50,407 nucleotides of DNA from Candidatus Dadabacteria bacterium (GTDB lineage Bacteria > Desulfobacterota_D > UBA1144 > Nemesobacterales > UBA2774): positions 1 to 50,407 of the forward strand of contig JAGVLR010000186.1 of NCBI GenBank assembly GCA_020054175.1. The letters run 5' to 3'. Position 1 is the first letter of the stretch, and the number at the start of each line of letters is the position of its first letter. The translations under genes and the position numbers were made by a program. A model generated the notes under the pieces. The model did not search any database. It saw nothing but the letters and a program-made list of their open reading frames with translations, and was not told the DNA's origin. Positions 10,937 to 20,637 of the stretch are shown here, one piece after another.

Positions 10937-11326
10937 TCACCCGAAAGCCATTATCTTCGCAGTCTTCTGCTTCGCCTCTTCCTTGGCCTTTGCTTCCATT
11001 CTCGCCAAGGTGCCGCTCGTGTCCATCATCTTCGCTGTCTGGCCGTAGGGGGTGTAGTCAAGCATCATCCCATGTTGGCCGCGACTGTAATTCGTTACGC
11101 TGTTCCCGCCTATCGCGTATGAGTCGCGAATTATCGGGTACGGGAAGCTGACAAAATGAGCGGCGAGATACTTTGAAATCCGCTGCTTGAGGTCGTCGCC
11201 GACTCCCTCGATCTGGGAGACGACCGCCTCAGCGTCCGCGATAAAATCATCAATGTTGTCCTTTATCGCGGTTTTGTTGCTGAGGATCGCCTTTACATCC
11301 TCTGCCGAAGGAGGGGTGTACGGCAT
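10937..11326 (-). CDS. Head-tail adaptor (DUF4054-like)
   Basis: YLAAHF and LDYTPYGQ motifs; downstream of the capsid gene. Confidence 0.7.
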   Translation of the reverse strand: MPYTPPSAEDVKAILSNKTAIKDNIDDFIADAEAVVSQIEGVGDDLKQRISKYLAAHFVSFPYPIIRDSYAIGGNSVTNYSRGQHGMMLDYTPYGQTAKMMDTSGTLARMEAKAKEEAKQKTAKIMAFG

Positions 11327-11583
11327 TAGTCGCCCCCGGACTCATCGGCGGGGCTTTCGTCAGCCTTCTTCTTGCTGCCCTTGCCCTTGCCCTTGCCGCC
11401 CGTCTCCGAGGTCTCGTCGCCCCCGGACTCATCGGCGGGGGGCACAACTTCGACTTCGACGACTGGCTCGAACTTGTTATTGCCCGAGAAGTCGCCTTCG
11501 ACTATGTCGCCGGGGCGGTAGAGTTTCCTCTTTCCGTCTTCTTTCCTGCTATATAACCCACTTTTCAGTCTGTATTTACCCAT
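11326..11583 (-). CDS. Small protein downstream of the capsid gene with a duplicated PADESGGD segment
   Basis: 85 aa with RBS; about 24-bp direct repeat near 11329-11352 and 11417-11440. Confidence 0.55.
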   Translation of the reverse strand: MGKYRLKSGLYSRKEDGKRKLYRPGDIVEGDFSGNNKFEPVVEVEVVPPADESGGDETSETGGKGKGKGSKKKADESPADESGGD

Positions 11584-11597
11584 GTCCTGTTATCTCC

Positions 11598-12623
11598 TTA
11601 ACCTGGGATTGTGCCGTGGGCTACACCGCAGTTCCCGTTTTTGTCGGAGCGAATCTGCGGTACGGTGATCGTGAGGGTCTTGTAGTTCAAGTCGTATCCA
11701 CCTTCCTCTTCCCAGTCAACGGTTATTACGTCTTGGCCTATAACCAACCTTACGACATCTGAGGTCATCTGAACGAGAACCACGTTATTCGCTATTAACT
11801 TGTCTGCTGGTTTTACGCCAGAAATAAACGGCATTTCGAGGATTCTCGAAAGTATCGACTTGTCGGAAGCAGCTTTATAGTCGTCGCTCAGCCTGACGTA
11901 GTAATTCGTCGGCACGTAGAGCATATATGGTCCAAAAAACTTGGCCTCGTGAAGCTCGTAGACACCTGCCAGAATGTCTTGAATTATCGGCTCGCCCGTC
12001 TCTACCGTGCCAGGCGCGCTCCAGTCGCCCGAGAGGTCGAACTCGTTTCTGTCAGGGAAGTCGCAGAGGCCGTATATCGTGTTGCCCGCGAAGGAGAAAT
12101 CTCCCGAGCCGTTGAAGTACACATCCTCGATCTTCTCGGCGATTGCACGCCCAGACTCTTCACCGTTTGTCGTGTCAAGTCCTACGCCTTTTCTCTGGCT
12201 CGCCATGAGAACCCTGAGCTCGTATCCCCAGCCGCACATCGTGACAGGGAGCGGCAGGCCTACAAGGTCGAATGTGATTCGGTCCTTCGTAGCCTTGGCG
12301 CTTGCGGACATGCTCATGGTAGCATCGCCCATAGTCCCCGCCCTTTCCGATTCGAGTGTCATTACACCGAGCCCATTCGGGATGCGAAGTGTAAGACCGG
12401 CGTTTATAAGGTCGTTAACGCCTATGAGCCTAGACCTCATCGCCTTGGCTACAGCGTCGTCCAGGAGCTTCCATTCATCCTTTAAAAGCGTCCCATTCAT
12501 TGCTGGTTCATTGAGCGTCCTAACTTTCCTGAGCTTCTTAAAGTCACCGTTTACGGCTAGAATCTTTCTAGCCATAGCACCACCGAAGCCGTTTATATTC
12601 GTTATCTGCTGTACTCCATTCAT
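11598..12623 (-). CDS. Major capsid protein (HK97 fold, encapsulin/Linocin_M18-like family)
   Basis: 341 aa; EWKLLDDAV, LPLPV, GPYMLYVP and VPQIRSDKNGNCGVAH motifs; follows protease and decoration genes. Confidence 0.85.
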   Translation of the reverse strand: MNGVQQITNINGFGGAMARKILAVNGDFKKLRKVRTLNEPAMNGTLLKDEWKLLDDAVAKAMRSRLIGVNDLINAGLTLRIPNGLGVMTLESERAGTMGDATMSMSASAKATKDRITFDLVGLPLPVTMCGWGYELRVLMASQRKGVGLDTTNGEESGRAIAEKIEDVYFNGSGDFSFAGNTIYGLCDFPDRNEFDLSGDWSAPGTVETGEPIIQDILAGVYELHEAKFFGPYMLYVPTNYYVRLSDDYKAASDKSILSRILEMPFISGVKPADKLIANNVVLVQMTSDVVRLVIGQDVITVDWEEEGGYDLNYKTLTITVPQIRSDKNGNCGVAHGTIPG

Positions 12624-12669
12624 GGCAATTTCCTCCGTATCCCTGCCGTGGCGCGGGACATGAATTTTT

Positions 12670-13140
12670 TTAGACTATCTCGCATCGTATCCTTACCGCC
12701 CCGCCCGATGTGTTGTTAATCGACTCGAGCGGCCGTGCGACTATATTCCGAGGCGTTATTGTCACGCTGGCGCTTCCGCTCTCATTGACGGCCTGGGCCA
12801 CGTACTTATCGACCTGGCCGTTGCCCTTCGAGGATAAATAATCCGCTGGGGTTACGTTCTCGCCGTTGGCCAGGAGGAGATAGAGCTCATCTCCCGGTCT
12901 CGCGACGTGGTACTGAATCCTGTCGCCAGCCGCATAAGCGTCTGTGATTTCCTTGCCCATAAGATCGTTCTCGACTGCCACGAGTACAGGCGCGACGTTC
13001 CCGCCGTCCCCGCCATGGACTATGATTTTTCCATCCGAGTTTCTGTCCAGAAGATGACCGGGCAGGGGCGTCTGTGCAGATGCTACTACCCCCTCTTTCC
13101 TGAACGACTCGCCTTTTATCAAGATCGTGTTGTAGCTCAT
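12670..13140 (-). CDS. Capsid decoration/cement protein
   Basis: 156 aa between protease and capsid genes; PGHLL, AVEND, YAAGD motifs. Confidence 0.65.
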   Translation of the reverse strand: MSYNTILIKGESFRKEGVVASAQTPLPGHLLDRNSDGKIIVHGGDGGNVAPVLVAVENDLMGKEITDAYAAGDRIQYHVARPGDELYLLLANGENVTPADYLSSKGNGQVDKYVAQAVNESGSASVTITPRNIVARPLESINNTSGGAVRIRCEIV

Positions 13141-13172
13141 TTTTATTTCCTCCGTTTAACTTTCTGTCCTGT

Positions 13173-14789
13173 CTACTGATTCGCAGCCTTCGGCGCGAGG
13201 AACACCGGCGTCGGCTCGGGGGCCTCGTCGTTTTCGGTCGGCGAAGAGCCGCTACCGTTCAGGCTGTAATCCACCTCGACGTGCGCAAGGGCGGCCAAGT
13301 TCTCGAGCTCCTCGATGCTCTTGGCATTCAGAGCATCCTCGGAGAACTTGTTCGCCGCATTGCCCTTAATAGCCGCAACGAGCTGAGCCTTCTTGGCCTT
13401 CCGGATGTTGAGCCCTTCCTTGAGAACGTCGCGTATCCCTTCCGGCGCGGAGTTGATGTACTCCTCCTCGGTCTGGGGCTTCTGCTCTTCCGGGTTAGGC
13501 TTCGCAGCGTCGGCGGGCGGAATCTCGACCTTCTTCTCCGGCTCTTCCTTCTTGTCTTCCGGCTTGTGCTCAGGATTCTCGTCGCAGAGCTTTGCGAGCA
13601 CGGCAATGTGCTTATCGTCAAAGGCTTCGAGGGTCTTCCTGTCTTCCTCGGTGTAGTGCTTATTCGCGATTAATGCCGCGATAACTTTCTTTCTGTCCAT
13701 CTGATTGACCTCCGTTCCCGGATTCTCCGGGTCGTGATTTTGGCATTTGCAGTCTTCTTTGTTGCTTATTAATTCCTTGATTTTGTTGACTATTTTCGAG
13801 ACGAAACCTTCGTTATTCGCCTTAAGCTCAAGTCCGAACTCGGCAACGAGCAGCGTCATGGCCATATTGTTGGCTGACTGTTTCACGCTGTCTGGAGGAT
13901 TAACCCAGTGGTACTCCCAGCTGTCAGCGTTGATAACCTTCAGAAGGGCACTCTGATTGAGCTTGTTCGTCTCCGGATTAACGACCGGATATGCCATAAC
14001 CGCATCGGCATCATCTGAATCCGGATTCCCGAGGAGGGTCTTCGACGCTATCCATCGTTTCATTTCCTTTGGCGCTTCCGCGAGGGTAACAGGCAGCGTC
14101 GGAGGGATTGGCGTCCCCGTATGGACGTAATATCCGTTCCTGTATGCAGCAAAACTGCGGTCCGTGTCATACCAGCTCACCGCCTCAACGCCGTTAAAGT
14201 CCGGCCTCCTGGCTGAGCTCATGATATTGAGCGTTTTCTTGCCCTCATTCCTTATCCCGCAGCCGTCGTCGATAGAGCAGGCCCCTTTGTCAACAGGCAG
14301 AATTGCCAGGTGATCTGGCCAGAGTCGCAGCACCTTGGCGCCGTACTCCTCGCCGTTCCAGGTCCCCTTCTCCTCCAGAAGCTCAAGATAAACGCCCGTA
14401 GAGACTTCTATCTCCTCGCCGTTTTCTATACGGGTATGAAGCTCGGGGTCCTTCTCTTTCAGCCTCTCCTCGTCGAGCCATAGCTCGGATTTAAGGCCGT
14501 TATCGTATCCCGGCTCGAACAGGCGGCCCAGAACTTCCCGCTCATGGACATTTACCGTGTTCGCTGTGATTTCCTTCGGGTGGTTGATTAAAACGCAGGT
14601 GTCGGCCCATACCTCGGGGAGGAACGATAGCGCGTCAGCGGGGTAGTAATAAGGCACTTCGGCATTCCCGGCATGGTGCACTCCCTCCACAAGGAGCGTA
14701 ATCGGAAGAACGAAATGAGTCCTGCCGTTGAAGGTCTTCTTGGCTGCCTCATAGGCTGGTTTTGATTTGAGCGTGTAAAGCTTCTTCAA
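13173..14789 (-). CDS. Prohead protease/scaffold (DUF2213 family)
   Basis: LVEGVH, NHP, EVSTG, WNGEEY, DHLAILP and GACSIDDGCG motifs; charged scaffold-like C-terminus; TTG start after GGAGG. Confidence 0.85.
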   Translation of the reverse strand: MKKLYTLKSKPAYEAAKKTFNGRTHFVLPITLLVEGVHHAGNAEVPYYYPADALSFLPEVWADTCVLINHPKEITANTVNVHEREVLGRLFEPGYDNGLKSELWLDEERLKEKDPELHTRIENGEEIEVSTGVYLELLEEKGTWNGEEYGAKVLRLWPDHLAILPVDKGACSIDDGCGIRNEGKKTLNIMSSARRPDFNGVEAVSWYDTDRSFAAYRNGYYVHTGTPIPPTLPVTLAEAPKEMKRWIASKTLLGNPDSDDADAVMAYPVVNPETNKLNQSALLKVINADSWEYHWVNPPDSVKQSANNMAMTLLVAEFGLELKANNEGFVSKIVNKIKELISNKEDCKCQNHDPENPGTEVNQMDRKKVIAALIANKHYTEEDRKTLEAFDDKHIAVLAKLCDENPEHKPEDKKEEPEKKVEIPPADAAKPNPEEQKPQTEEEYINSAPEGIRDVLKEGLNIRKAKKAQLVAAIKGNAANKFSEDALNAKSIEELENLAALAHVEVDYSLNGSGSSPTENDEAPEPTPVFLAPKAANQ

Positions 14790-14794
14790 ACTGA

Positions 14795-14854
14795 CCTCCA
14801 GAAATAAAAAACCCCCGGCTCAGATTGTTTCTGAACCAGGGGTCCGAGTTCTTC
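14795..14854 (-). promoter_or_regulatory. Structured leader: hairpin plus U-tract directly before the protease RBS
   Basis: ACCCCTGGTTCAG-AAACAAT-CTGAGCCGGGGGT followed by TTTTTATTT; homologous copy at 18184-18241. Confidence 0.65.
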
Positions 14855-14891
14855 GATACACCTGTGCGATATGTAGGACTGCTTTTGACTA

Positions 14892-14921
14892 ATTCTACAT
14901 AAAAGCGGGATAGGATGTCAA
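14892..14921 (-). promoter_or_regulatory. Sigma70-like promoter for the head operon
   Basis: TTGACA-N18-TAGAAT on the minus strand, upstream of the structured leader. Confidence 0.5.
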
Positions 14922-15003
14922 GAGATTATATTTGTGCTGGTTGGTATATACCTTTTAGCCAATATGTAGAATAGTCAACAGCTATCGTGTATAATTAACA
15001 CAT

Positions 15004-15870
15004 ATGGCTTTCACTTTTACCTGCTTCCACTGTGGTATAGAATTTCAAAGACATTACAAGTCAATCAAAAGGGAATGCTCGTCGGATAGACGTTTCTGTT
15101 CCCACAAATGCTTTACCAAGGATAGAAGAAAGGTTCACCCGCGCCCATGCCGAGAGTGCGGTAATCTGTTCACGCCCACGGCGGAGGGTCGGCCATTTTG
15201 TTCTCGGGAATGTTACGAGAGGAGTCGAGCAAACCCCCCAGCAACAATAATCTGTCGAGGTTGCAGCCGGAGTTTTAAAGTAAAAGCCTGCTTATCTCAT
15301 CGCTATAATTACTGTTCAACCGAATGCCGCAAGAAATCAAATGGTGGAACATATAGGCATTGCGAGAGATGTAGTAAGGTATTTTTCTATGGCGGTTCAG
15401 ATAGGGCGCGAGGCAACCTCAGAAGACACTGCTCCGAAGAATGTAGGCGGCCCGTTATCTCGATTCAGTGCCTTAATTGCCATAAAACTGTTCGAATCCG
15501 GCCAGCCGAGCCACGACGATATTGCAGTCGGGCTTGTTACCTCAAATTCACCGGGGAATCGTCCATCGAAAGCATTGTTCGCAGATGTCTTGAAAGGTCG
15601 AATGTCGAATTCGCGACACAGGTGCAGGTTGGGAAATATGTTATCGATTTCTTGATTGGGAAAATAGTTCTCGAAGCCGATGGCGATTACTGGCATTCTC
15701 GCACGAAAGCAAGAGACAACAGGCGAGACGCCTATTTTCAATCACTAGGCTATGATGTGGTCCGAATCTCCGAGAAGGAAATCAAGACTTCGCCCGATTT
15801 AGATATGTTAATTCTTGCCAGATTGTCCTCCATAAACACCGCGAACAACTACGCAATCCCGGGAATATAA
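15004..15870 (+). CDS. Zinc-finger-repeat DUF559/Vsr-like endonuclease (probable homing endonuclease)
   Basis: Repeated CxxC...FCSxxC motifs, then ESSIE..QVQVGKYVIDF..EADGDYWH..RD; antisense insertion in the head module. Confidence 0.8.
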   Translation: MAFTFTCFHCGIEFQRHYKSIKRECSSDRRFCSHKCFTKDRRKVHPRPCRECGNLFTPTAEGRPFCSRECYERSRANPPATIICRGCSRSFKVKACLSHRYNYCSTECRKKSNGGTYRHCERCSKVFFYGGSDRARGNLRRHCSEECRRPVISIQCLNCHKTVRIRPAEPRRYCSRACYLKFTGESSIESIVRRCLERSNVEFATQVQVGKYVIDFLIGKIVLEADGDYWHSRTKARDNRRDAYFQSLGYDVVRISEKEIKTSPDLDMLILARLSSINTANNYAIPGI

Positions 15871-16763
15871 GGAGAAACACTGCATCTACAATTCGGGTGC
15901 TGAGGGATAAGCTTCTCTGCTTCATCTAGAGACATAATCTGGCCGGCGTATGGTTCACAGACCGGGCAGGGGTCTTCCGCTGTTGTGTACTCGGCCTGCA
16001 CCTGAACATCATTGACTGCTGCGTTTTTGAATTCCTGGATAGTTGCGAGATGATGCGCCCTTACAATCTCCGTTCTGGCCAACGTCCGGGCACGGTTTAA
16101 TCCAATTCCGTCTACCTTCTCCGCGATTTCCCTCGCCAACTGTTCCGGGCCCCCGCCGTAGAGAAGGCCCTCGGTAAGGATTCTCGATATCTGCGTGTCC
16201 ATGGCCTCGGTTATTCCTTCGAGGTCACTGAATGCCCTCGTGAAGATAGTGGCCGCCCTGTCCGCATGCTGCGGCTGATCAAAGACTCCGACTATCCTTG
16301 CCCCCGAGGGACCGGCTGGCCGTATAGGCTCGACCCCGGCCCGTGCGAGCTTGGCATCCGCAGAGACAACCCCTTTCTCGTATGCCGAACGCAGATACAG
16401 GTTCGCCCAGGGCTCGGCCTGCGGTGGGGATAGGATGCTTCGGGGGCGCTCTATGATTTCGAGGATTCCCCTCTCCTGCTGCTCCCTAAGCCACTTCATG
16501 AAAGCGTCTATTTTTTGGACGGACGTCGGGAAGTTGAACTCGAGCTCCCTGGCAGCCTCCATTATGCGGGGCCGGTCCTTCTTGAGCCCGAGGGCGTCGC
16601 GATCGACAATCGTTGTGATAATATCCCGCTTGAGGGCTTTGAATCGCCGGGCAAGGTCCGCGATAAACCTGTTCCTGAGTGCGAGGGTATGCGTCGGGTC
16701 ATACTTCCGGACAGCGTTGAGAGCGCTCCGGGGGTGAGTTTGATTACAGGCATGCGCCTTCAT
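15849..16763 (-). CDS. Minor head protein (SPP1 gp7 / Mu gpF family)
   Basis: RARTLARTE, CPVC and PQHPNCRC motifs; follows the portal gene. Confidence 0.9.
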   Translation of the reverse strand: MKAHACNQTHPRSALNAVRKYDPTHTLALRNRFIADLARRFKALKRDIITTIVDRDALGLKKDRPRIMEAARELEFNFPTSVQKIDAFMKWLREQQERGILEIIERPRSILSPPQAEPWANLYLRSAYEKGVVSADAKLARAGVEPIRPAGPSGARIVGVFDQPQHADRAATIFTRAFSDLEGITEAMDTQISRILTEGLLYGGGPEQLAREIAEKVDGIGLNRARTLARTEIVRAHHLATIQEFKNAAVNDVQVQAEYTTAEDPCPVCEPYAGQIMSLDEAEKLIPQHPNCRCSVSPYIPGIA

Positions 16764-18178
16764 TAAGCGTCGGCCTCCTCATCCTGTTCTTTACCGTCGT
16801 CCTTTTCGGGCTTTTCCTCCGGGGCCTCATCCTCTACTTCCGGTTCAGTGTCTTTCTCTATTTCCTCCTCAATTTCCTCCTCGATCCTGTCGATGGTATC
16901 CCTGTCGAAACCCATTATCTCTTCTAGGAAGATGTCTGGCGGGAGGATTTGCTGTGCATCGAGAGAGTTCGCATAAGTTGAGAGGGTCGTAGCTCTGATC
17001 TGAGCGATATCGGCCTTATCCTTCTCGCCAAGTACGACGAGGGGCGGCCAGGTGACCGAATAGCCCTCAGTCGGCGTTGGGAGGAGCTGCACCTGTATGA
17101 GGCGGTCTATGACCGGACGGACTATCCGGGCCTCGACATGATTAGTTCTCCTCTCTTCCATTGAGGCCAGGAAGCCTCTTTCGTCCTGACTCGAAGCGAG
17201 CTCGCCGCGCTCGGAGCCGATAAGGATTCTCTTTGGAATCCCCGTGGCGCAGGCAATCATATCGAGTTGTTTTTCTATGTGTGTATCGGGATTCGCAACA
17301 GCAGGGGGAAGCACCTTAGCCTCAATACCCTCGGTAGCCGTATATCGCTTCAGGCCGTGTAGATACTCTTCTATCATCTGGTGTAGCTTGTCCGCGTCTT
17401 CGATCCTCGCTCCATCCAGAGCATTGAAATTCATGCCAGGGAAGCCGCCCCTCCAGAACATCTCTGCCGAGCCCCCGAGAATCAACTCAAGGTTCATGAG
17501 GCGGTTGAATACATCCTCCAGCGCCGGAACTCCTATCGTCTCCCCCTCGACCGCGCCTTCGGCTACATGAATAATGCGGGAATAATGAACTTTGTGTTTA
17601 ATGCTCCGGCCATTTTCAAGTTCCAGCGTAATCTCATACATGAGCGGCAAGCCATAGCGGGGCTTCTTGGTATCTTCCTCGTAGCGCTCTATCTTGACCG
17701 CGCCCTGATGAAAGCAGTTGATGTAGAGCAGGTCCGTTGCACGCGTGACTTCCTGCTCGGGGCCGTTTACATCTTTGAATCCCAGGAAGAGAACCCCGAA
17801 CTCGCCGATACGGGCAAGCGTATCAACTTTGTGGAGGTAGTGGAATATGTTGAGCCTCGTGGCTATTTCCTGCCACTTTACCTCGAAGGCAGTATCGTTG
17901 TTGTCGCTCCCGATCTCGGTTATCTCCGGTTTATATCGCCATGCTACGTCCGGCTTGATGGTGATAATTCTCTTGGCTATATCCTGCCGCCTGAAGATCG
18001 AGTAATAGTCTATGAACTGGAGGGTCTTCGGGTATCCCAGGGCCTCGTATATATCCCTCTTACCGCCGTAGCTGAGCCCGGCCCGGCCCGCGAATGTCAG
18101 CCTATCGCCAAGAGCGCCGAGTATGGCGAGCACGGCTCTCTCATTGACTGCCATTTCTGCTTTCGTTTCGTTTTCCAT
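16763..18178 (-). CDS. Portal protein (DUF1073 family)
   Basis: PRYGLP, VHYSRIIH and ATGIPKRILIGSERGELASSQD motifs; ATG at 18178 after GGAGG. Confidence 0.88.
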   Translation of the reverse strand: MENETKAEMAVNERAVLAILGALGDRLTFAGRAGLSYGGKRDIYEALGYPKTLQFIDYYSIFRRQDIAKRIITIKPDVAWRYKPEITEIGSDNNDTAFEVKWQEIATRLNIFHYLHKVDTLARIGEFGVLFLGFKDVNGPEQEVTRATDLLYINCFHQGAVKIERYEEDTKKPRYGLPLMYEITLELENGRSIKHKVHYSRIIHVAEGAVEGETIGVPALEDVFNRLMNLELILGGSAEMFWRGGFPGMNFNALDGARIEDADKLHQMIEEYLHGLKRYTATEGIEAKVLPPAVANPDTHIEKQLDMIACATGIPKRILIGSERGELASSQDERGFLASMEERRTNHVEARIVRPVIDRLIQVQLLPTPTEGYSVTWPPLVVLGEKDKADIAQIRATTLSTYANSLDAQQILPPDIFLEEIMGFDRDTIDRIEEEIEEEIEKDTEPEVEDEAPEEKPEKDDGKEQDEEADA

Positions 18179-18183
18179 GTCTG

Positions 18184-18241
18184 CCTCCAAAATAAAAAGC
18201 CCCGCCGTCAGTTGATTCTGAACAGCGGGGCTAGAGTTCTT
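18184..18241 (-). promoter_or_regulatory. Structured leader: hairpin plus U-tract directly before the portal RBS
   Basis: AGCCCCGCTGTTCAG-AATCAA-CTGACGGCGGGCT followed by TTTTATTTT; homologous copy at 14795-14854. Confidence 0.65.
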
Positions 18242-18276
18242 CTATGCCTTCTGTGATGTTTAGGAATGCTTAAGAA

Positions 18277-18606
18277 TTATTGCTCTATTTGGTTCATCGC
18301 CGCCTCGATTAATTCCTCTTCAGTCATCTCAGCTGACCTGCCTCCCAACATGTCCAATAATAGGGTCGGCCAGTTGTTAGTTGTTTCCCATATTCTCTCT
18401 GGCTCGCTAGGTCCCGGCTCGAATAGGCGGTCATGGAGTGTTTTCGCGTCTGAGAGATTTTGACAAATGTGTGTGTAATTTACACTCTCTCCCTGAACCA
18501 TGAGCGCCACAAGGCCGACTTCTCTATTTTCATATATCCTTGCCAATGCCGGGCGAGGTGGTTTAACCATCCATACGAAGGTCGGTTTCGCGATTTTAAC
18601 CATCAT
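18277..18606 (-). CDS. Hypothetical protein
   Basis: 109-aa ORF between terminase and portal. Confidence 0.55.
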   Translation of the reverse strand: MMVKIAKPTFVWMVKPPRPALARIYENREVGLVALMVQGESVNYTHICQNLSDAKTLHDRLFEPGPSEPERIWETTNNWPTLLLDMLGGRSAEMTEEELIEAAMNQIEQ

Positions 18607-18608
18607 CC

Positions 18609-18935
18609 CTACTTCCCGCTTCCTTCGTATTCAAACAATCCCGTCAAATCTCTAACGATTATTTCCAAGAAATCATCTGGGAAGAGTGTAACCGGGGCAT
18701 CTGCATTGCCGAGTTTCTCTTTTAAGAAAGCCACGGATATGTGTAAATTGTGCGGAGTTAATTGATTATCAACAAACAAATCGGCGGCGTCTGACCGGAG
18801 ATGCATCATTACAGCATTGTCGGGAGTATCCATTCGTACACCTGCCCATTCTAGCCCATTTATAACTTGGGGGCGAGGGTCAAGAACTGCCTTTAGTAGT
18901 TCGCCTTCAGAGTCAACGAAAAATTGATGCTTCAT
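18609..18935 (-). CDS. Hypothetical protein
   Basis: 108-aa ORF with AGGAG RBS. Confidence 0.55.
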   Translation of the reverse strand: MKHQFFVDSEGELLKAVLDPRPQVINGLEWAGVRMDTPDNAVMMHLRSDAADLFVDNQLTPHNLHISVAFLKEKLGNADAPVTLFPDDFLEIIVRDLTGLFEYEGSGK

Positions 18936-18938
18936 TGC

Positions 18939-19160
18939 TTACTCCTTCCCCCTTATCTCGTCTATGCTCTTAGTCGTCAACAGTTTCGACTCCGTCTTCC
19001 TCAGCCGCGTAGGAAGACCGGCCAGGAAATCAACCTCAATTGTACCATAGAACCCCTCCTGCCGGAGTTGGGATAATAGTTCGTCGAGGGCGACGTGAGC
19101 GTCGTCCTTTATGTGGCTCGGGATGTTCGGAAGCTTGCCTGATTGAGGCTTGGGGGTCAT
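18939..19160 (-). CDS. Small YezD/DUF2292-like protein (73 aa)
   Basis: ATG at 19160 just after the terL stop; FYGTIEVDFLAGLPTRLRKTESK resembles the DUF2292 pattern as I recall it. Confidence 0.5.
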   Translation of the reverse strand: MTPKPQSGKLPNIPSHIKDDAHVALDELLSQLRQEGFYGTIEVDFLAGLPTRLRKTESKLLTTKSIDEIRGKE

Positions 19161-19164
19161 AGGG

Positions 19165-20637
19165 TTACCACGCTCCTGCCCGCTTGGGCTGCTTCTTTTT
19201 CTTGGCGTAGATAATAGCCTGCATCTCTTCGTCGTAAATGTCGTCGTGTGGCATGTTCGGGAAGACGCAGAGGTTTGAGTAACACTCCTCTTTCCATGGC
19301 GCAACCTTCGGATGCCTGACTTCCCCGAGGCGGATGTAAGACTGTGCGATATCGCCCTTCTCTCGCTTCCCGATGTTCAGGCTTATCTTGGCATCGGTAT
19401 ACACTTCCTTCGTTGAAATAATCTTAATCTTCTTCTTGCCGAAATTAGTTTCGACTTCCTTGTCGTTCAGCACCTGGATAAGGCTGATACCGCTGCCTTT
19501 TGCTTCTATTAGAAAGAAATCGAGAGGTCTGGTCTTCCACAGCTTCAAACAGAAGTCCTCGAGCTCGCCAAATTCCATACGCTCAAACCACTGATTCGTT
19601 TTGTAAAGCACCTCCCCGGCTTCTACGTACTCCCCGAAGGCCGAATAGTCGGCAGACTCGGCTATCTCATATGCGGAGTCAATCGATACAAACCGGGTTC
19701 CGGTCGGGGCAGCGCCTTCATATTCCCACTTCTCCAACCATTCCCGCTTTATGATCGCGCCCGACTCGTCTGTCACAACCTGCTGGAAACGGGGCATCCA
19801 CCACCGGCCCATCTCGATATTCGCCTTTTTAAGTTGCTCCTTGTTATGCCGGGCCTCCCAAAGGGGCTCACCGCGCTTCCGAGTGTATTTCCTCCCGGTC
19901 GAGAGTGTCCATTCCTCATCGATAATCGCCTCGGCGGGGAAGTTCAGGACGGTCCATTCCTCGCCGGAATCCTTGGCCGTAGCGAGGATTTTAGCGATGA
20001 TGTCCTTCCCATTCCACCGGGTCATAGGGATGATCATAGCGGCGTCGGGGTTATTGGCTCTGCGCTTGAGTACCGAAATAAAGAAATCCCATATCTGCTT
20101 CTGATAAGTCTCCGATTCCGCCTCCGTAGGGTTCTTTATGAGGTCGTCGACGAGAAGGAGGTCATAGCCCTTTCCCTCTGCCGAACCACCGCGGCCTACG
20201 GAATAATAACCCCCGCCCTCGGTCGTATGCCAGTCATTGGCGGCCCTTGAGTCCTGCCGTATTTTTACGTGCGGGAATATTTCCTTGTAGAGATTCGACT
20301 CCATTATATCCCTCGTCGACTTGCCGAAGGCAGCGGCGAGTCTGTCAGAATATGATCCCAGCATTACGCACTTTTCAGGATTGTGGCCGAGGAACCAGGA
20401 GGCGAATAAGATAGAGCATTCGAGCGTCTTGCCGTAACGGTTGGGCTCGGAGACTATAAGCCGGCCTATTTCTCCCCTTTCGACCGCCTCAAGGCGGTCG
20501 GCGACCACTTCATGATGCCAGTTCGCCTCATAGCCCGGGAAGATCAGGCGGGCATAGCTCATCAGGGCGAGACGGGCTGCCGCGATCCAGTCAAGGGCGA
20601 CGTCTGTTTGGCTCATTTGTTCGTCGAATGCGCTCAA
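19165..20637 (-). CDS. terL: Terminase large subunit
   Basis: Walker A PNRYGKT, Walker B LLLVDD, nuclease residues SIDSA, IEAKGSG, FPNMPHDDIYD. Confidence 0.93.
   Translation of the reverse strand: MSAFDEQMSQTDVALDWIAAARLALMSYARLIFPGYEANWHHEVVADRLEAVERGEIGRLIVSEPNRYGKTLECSILFASWFLGHNPEKCVMLGSYSDRLAAAFGKSTRDIMESNLYKEIFPHVKIRQDSRAANDWHTTEGGGYYSVGRGGSAEGKGYDLLLVDDLIKNPTEAESETYQKQIWDFFISVLKRRANNPDAAMIIPMTRWNGKDIIAKILATAKDSGEEWTVLNFPAEAIIDEEWTLSTGRKYTRKRGEPLWEARHNKEQLKKANIEMGRWWMPRFQQVVTDESGAIIKREWLEKWEYEGAAPTGTRFVSIDSAYEIAESADYSAFGEYVEAGEVLYKTNQWFERMEFGELEDFCLKLWKTRPLDFFLIEAKGSGISLIQVLNDKEVETNFGKKKIKIISTKEVYTDAKISLNIGKREKGDIAQSYIRLGEVRHPKVAPWKEECYSNLCVFPNMPHDDIYDEEMQAIIYAKKKKQPKRAGAW

Noticed and set aside
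11598..12623. Encapsulin nanocompartment or bacteriocin
   Set aside because: Context with portal, protease, decoration and head-tail genes shows it is the phage major capsid protein
16455..16499. Gapped partial match of tract 2 dinucleotides to the phage's own minor head gene (ATG AAG TGG CTT AGG matches the first five units; 19 of 30 bases overall)
   Set aside because: A rough binomial estimate gives about one match this good by chance across both strands of a 50-kb window, so it is not evidence of self-targeting
16763..18178. Anti-CBASS Acb1 label sometimes attached to DUF1073 proteins
   Set aside because: Size, motifs and position between terminase and minor head indicate a portal; no paired HxT phosphoesterase motifs seen
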